Origin: the human T2T-CHM13v2.0 reference genome, Homo sapiens
DNA length: 64,000 nt
Direction: 5' to 3' (one strand)
NCBI RefSeq assembly: GCF_009914755.1
Contig: NC_060944.1
The notes beneath the pieces were generated by a model. That model had not been told where the DNA came from and did no database searches. It saw nothing but the letters and a program-made list of their open reading frames with translations. The position numbers and the translations under genes were made by a program. Below, in pieces: positions 60,020-64,000 of this stretch (the stretch's first letter is position 1; every line of letters begins with the position of its first letter).

Positions 60020-62229
60020 CACTATTCCACCCGGGTTGGTTACTCACAACACAAACATTCACATTTTGAAAAGTGGCTCTGAATTAGTCACCATCCAGAT
60101 GGAACCTGCCAAGTAAGCTTGGAATCCACTCACAGACCTATGAAAGGACTTCCCTGAACACCCCTATCATAGTTTAGCTGAAGAGAGGAAGGGAAAGTGG
60201 AGAAAGGGAACAAGGGAGCCACCCCCTCCTCTGAGCCCTGCAAGAAGCCTGTGGAGTCGAACATCACTTCAGCTGCCTGGTGCACACTTCCACCTGCCTT
60301 CACCAGCAGTGTGCTGATTCCCATCAAACAGGAGCAGTGAAATGGCCACTGCCTCCCACTGGAGGTGGCCTGGGGCTTTGTAGAGAAAGCTTTCAGGGCC
60401 GCTCAGTCACTGAGTCCCAGAAATCCTCTGATCCAGAAAGGGCTGTGGGTCTTATCCACAGAGGACAGAGACAGGCCCCACAGGAGAGGAATGAGCCCAA
60501 GTCAGCCAGGTCATGGTAGGTGGGGACTCAAGTCTCCTGGGTGGTGGGTGAGCCTCCTTCCCAGCTACTCCGCTGTGGGCGAGGACCAGGGTCTAACCGG
60601 GTGGGGCACAGGCATCACCAGCAGCCTTGCCATCCTTTCCGGGATGGTGGTCTAGATGAGGCTGGGAACCATGTGCTCTGCATTGTGCAAGCTGTGGGCA
60701 AGAAATCAGACCCACAGAGCACGACTGCTCACAGAAAAAGTATGGTTCCTTCTGCTCCTTCTACATGAATTAGGAGAGGACTGCATTTGAAAAGAGGTTG
60801 GACAAGGCCTATCAGAGGCTGTAGGGGAGGTTTGGGCTTTCATTTAGTTATCTGCAGGTTTGTTCATTCTGAGTCACTCAGCATCACTGTGGAATAAAGC
60901 CAGAGGTGCAATGCACGGGGCAGGCATTCCATGCCCCCTTGTGAATGCCAGGACAGTTTCACAAGCATTGCTGAGCACCTATTGTGTACAAGGGCTACAG
61001 TGGGCCCTTGGGAAACAAAGATGAGGAAGGGGGCAGAGCTGGAGAAGTGCACAACCTCACTGGAGACAGTGCAGGGGCAGAACCAAGGCCATGGGCACCG
61101 CGCCCTCAATGCAGGGGCAGGGGCCTAGGGAAGGGGTCAAGGCCGTAGACCACCCAAGTCCAAGAGCATGTGTTTGTGGTGGGAGGTGCTGCTCAGGCCA
61201 GAGTAGCAACCTTGAGGGAGACTCATTCATTCTTCCAGCTTCCTGGGACACTCTTCCAGTTCTCAGGCTTCCATCAACACTTTGCAAATGCTGCATCTGG
61301 CCCCATGTGCACATATCTGTGGTGCTTGTGTGGGGGCGGGTTCCTGCCTACGCAGCTCTGTCAGCTTTGGGAGAGATGGAGGTGCTCCCCAGGACCCCCA
61401 CACCTGGGCGATGGTCTCCCTTCCTAAAGGGGATCAGTGAGCGGCCACAGCGCTCTCCTTCAGTCACTCAGATGGCCACTGTTGAGCATTGCCTATGGCA
61501 GGGTACGTAAGGCAGGGCCTTGTTTCTAATGGGCCGAGAAGATCATCTTGACAGTAGGGCGCTGGCAGAGGAAGAATCAGCCTGGGGTTCTCCCTTTTCA
61601 GACCCATCATGCCCATTCTCACATTGAGGATGAGGGGCACTGATAGAGGGGCATGGTGCGGAGGGAGGGTTCTGCCAATCATGGAGCATTCTATGATGTC
61701 ATCTTCATCTGTACGGTGGTCTCAGGGGTCTGTATCCTCGTGATCCCCATGTCCCAGATGGAAGGCCAAGGCTCAAAGAGGTTAGGAAATAAATTGTCCC
61801 AGGTCACACAGCTGGTACAAATCTCAGCTTTGCTCCAGCTCCGCCCGAATCCCAGATTGGTGGTCTCAACTGCTACACACTCCACTCCACACACGCACCT
61901 TCTGGCATAGTTAGCTTTGCTGGCCGCTAGTTTGCAAAGGAAATGGAGGTGTGGCCTTCCCAGTTTTCCAGGTGTGAGGTTCTGGGACTGAGAAGGCCTT
62001 GCCCGCCCTCTCCACTGCCCTTGATTGGGATTCTTGGTCCCCACCACTCAGCTGGGTAGAATCAATCAGATTATATTTTGAGCTTGGGAAGATGAAACTC
62101 AGGTCTTCTCTCTGGAGGGGAAGGTGATTGGTCCCAGAAAGGGAAGGCAGCCCGTGTGTCTGGAGGGCCCCTGCACTGCCAGTGTGTAGCAGACACCATC
62201 ACAAGCTCTCCCTTTGAAGCCCCACCACA

Positions 62230-62350
62230 GCCCTCAAGGGGGATATGGGTTTTAACCTTCCCACTCTACAGATGGGGAAACAGAGGCTCAGAGAACCAGT
62301 ACTTTGCCTGATGGCAGAGCTGGTCCACAACAGGCCAGAGTCAGAGTTCA
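62230..62350 (-). mobile_element. MIR fragment
   Basis: Core ctacagatggggaaacagaggctcagaga. Confidence 0.65.
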
Positions 62351-62424
62351 GGTACGAGTAGCTCCCCAGGAGGCCAAACACCCAAAACACACCCGTCTGG
62401 AGAGTGGCCTCTTGAGGAGTTGCC

Positions 62425-62780
62425 TGTGTGGCTTTGCCAGGGCTGCCGTAACGAACATCACAGACCAGGCGGCTTAGACAACGGAAATGTACTTCCCATG
62501 TTCTGGAGCCTGGAAGTCCCAGATCAGCTGTCAGCAGGACTGGTTCTTCCGAGGTCTCTCCTTGGCTTGTGGGTGGCTGCCCTCTTCCTGAGTCTCCTGC
62601 GTACATGTCCCAATCTTCTGATAAGCACACAGCCATCTAGGATCAGGCCCACCCCTGGTGACCTCATTTTAACTTAACCACGTCTTTAAGGATTCTATCT
62701 CCAAATAGTCACATTCTGAGGCCTGGGGATTAGAATTCCACCATATGAGTTTTGAGGGGACACAACGGAGCCCAAGTCAC
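62425..62780 (-). mobile_element. MaLR LTR (MLT1B/C-like)
   Basis: cagggctgccgtaac...gacctcattttaacttaacc...ccaaatagtcacattctgagg. Confidence 0.85.
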
Positions 62781-64000
62781 CACCCAAGCTCATGCATCTC
62801 CCATCCCTGTCCAGATACACTGCCAAGCCCCTTACCAACACCCAGAAGAGCTGCCATCAGCCACACCCACATCTGTCTGTCTGTCTGTCCACCCGCATCT
62901 GTGGGCCCCACATCCATGCTGTGTTTGATCCATGAAGGGTTCAAGCTGCACACACATGGGCAGTGGGTGTTCAGTATATGGACCCCTTCTTCCCAAGGCT
63001 GCAGAGAGACCAGCTGGCATCTGCACAGGATTCAGACTTGGCTGTGTTGACTGAGCTGGGGATGCTGCCCCCGAGGATCCTGCAGGCAGAGGGCAAGAGG
63101 ACCTCTATGATGAGGAGCTCCCTGGCTGGGGGCTGTGCATTCCCCACCCTGCCTGCCTACAGCCCTGCCATGCCTGAGTTGTGAGAGAGACCCAGAGAGG
63201 ATTCGCCACTCAGCCCTGGGGCTCTTCTCCTGTGTCAAGGAGCTCCTTGGGAACCGGCATGCCCCGGTCAAGTGGGAGTCAGTGGGGCCGCCAGGACAAG
63301 GACCTTAGACCAGTGAAGATGCCTGGCTGGACACGGGGGACCCCCAGGCGGGACCAGAGAGGAGCACTGGAAAGGATGGCATTGGTGAATGTGCTCACAC
63401 GCACTGGGGGGTGCCCCTAGGGAATTGCCAGGGATCCTTGACAGGCAGATTTTCAGACTGATGAAGTCCTGCCTGAACCTACCTGAGGGTAAGAACCAAC
63501 CAAGTGTGTGCAGCTTCTGCTACCACAGCGCCGTGTCCCACAAGCAGCCCACTATCCTGGCTGCCCCTCTGTGAGGAGCATGGCCGCTGACAGCCTTCAG
63601 TGCTAGAGCCACAGCCCGCTTTCCCTGGGGCAGCCCTGGCCAGTGACCAGGCCAGGCGGAGGCACAGGCCTGCCCCTTCCCACCCAGACCAGCTATTCCC
63701 GCCAGCACCCTGGGCTTAGAGGTGTCCAGAGGTTGCCCAATGTCCTGAAGGCTCCTTCTGCCCAAGCCCACAGTCTCCATGTCTGGTTCACAGGCGTCAC
63801 TCCCCATACAAGCCTCCCCGCTACACACCTTGGTGCTGCTCCCTGGAAAGCCTGCCTGCACCGGCCTCCCCTGGTGAGGTCCAGGGAGATTAGGACACAG
63901 ATGTTAGGAACGTGAAGCCCAAAGAGGTGAAAAGATAACCATGAGCAGCTACAGCCTAACCCATGTGACTCCCGCACCATTGAAACCAGCAATCCATCTT

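Overview
Great-ape (most likely human) nuclear DNA, consistent with chr20p11.21 from recall of the gene. The only coding sequence I can support is the last exon of SYNDIG1 (TMEM90B, CD225/dispanin family) on the + strand: acceptor AG 52387-52388, CDS 52389-52547 ([10 protein letters not shown]...YLSKNNHL*), then a ~1.1 kb 3'UTR. Bases 1-52388 are the distal part of its large last intron, and ~53.7-64 kb is downstream flank. The rest is mostly interspersed repeats: Alus, old L1M pieces, MaLR and ERV1 solo LTRs, MER1B/MER5/MER20/MADE1, MIR and L2. It also holds several VNTRs and purine-rich microsatellites. The most notable element is a full-length antisense SVA (12210-14010, 13-bp TSD) nested in an old L1, with a variant hexamer head, a 20-bp SINE-R deletion and a candidate poison-exon splice pair. 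Almost all ORFs in the supplied track come from repeats or GC-rich sequence, and the real exon frame is not among them. I found no evidence of a new multi-gene system. The findings are regulatory or structural hypotheses, and repeat subfamily names are recognised by eye, not by database search.
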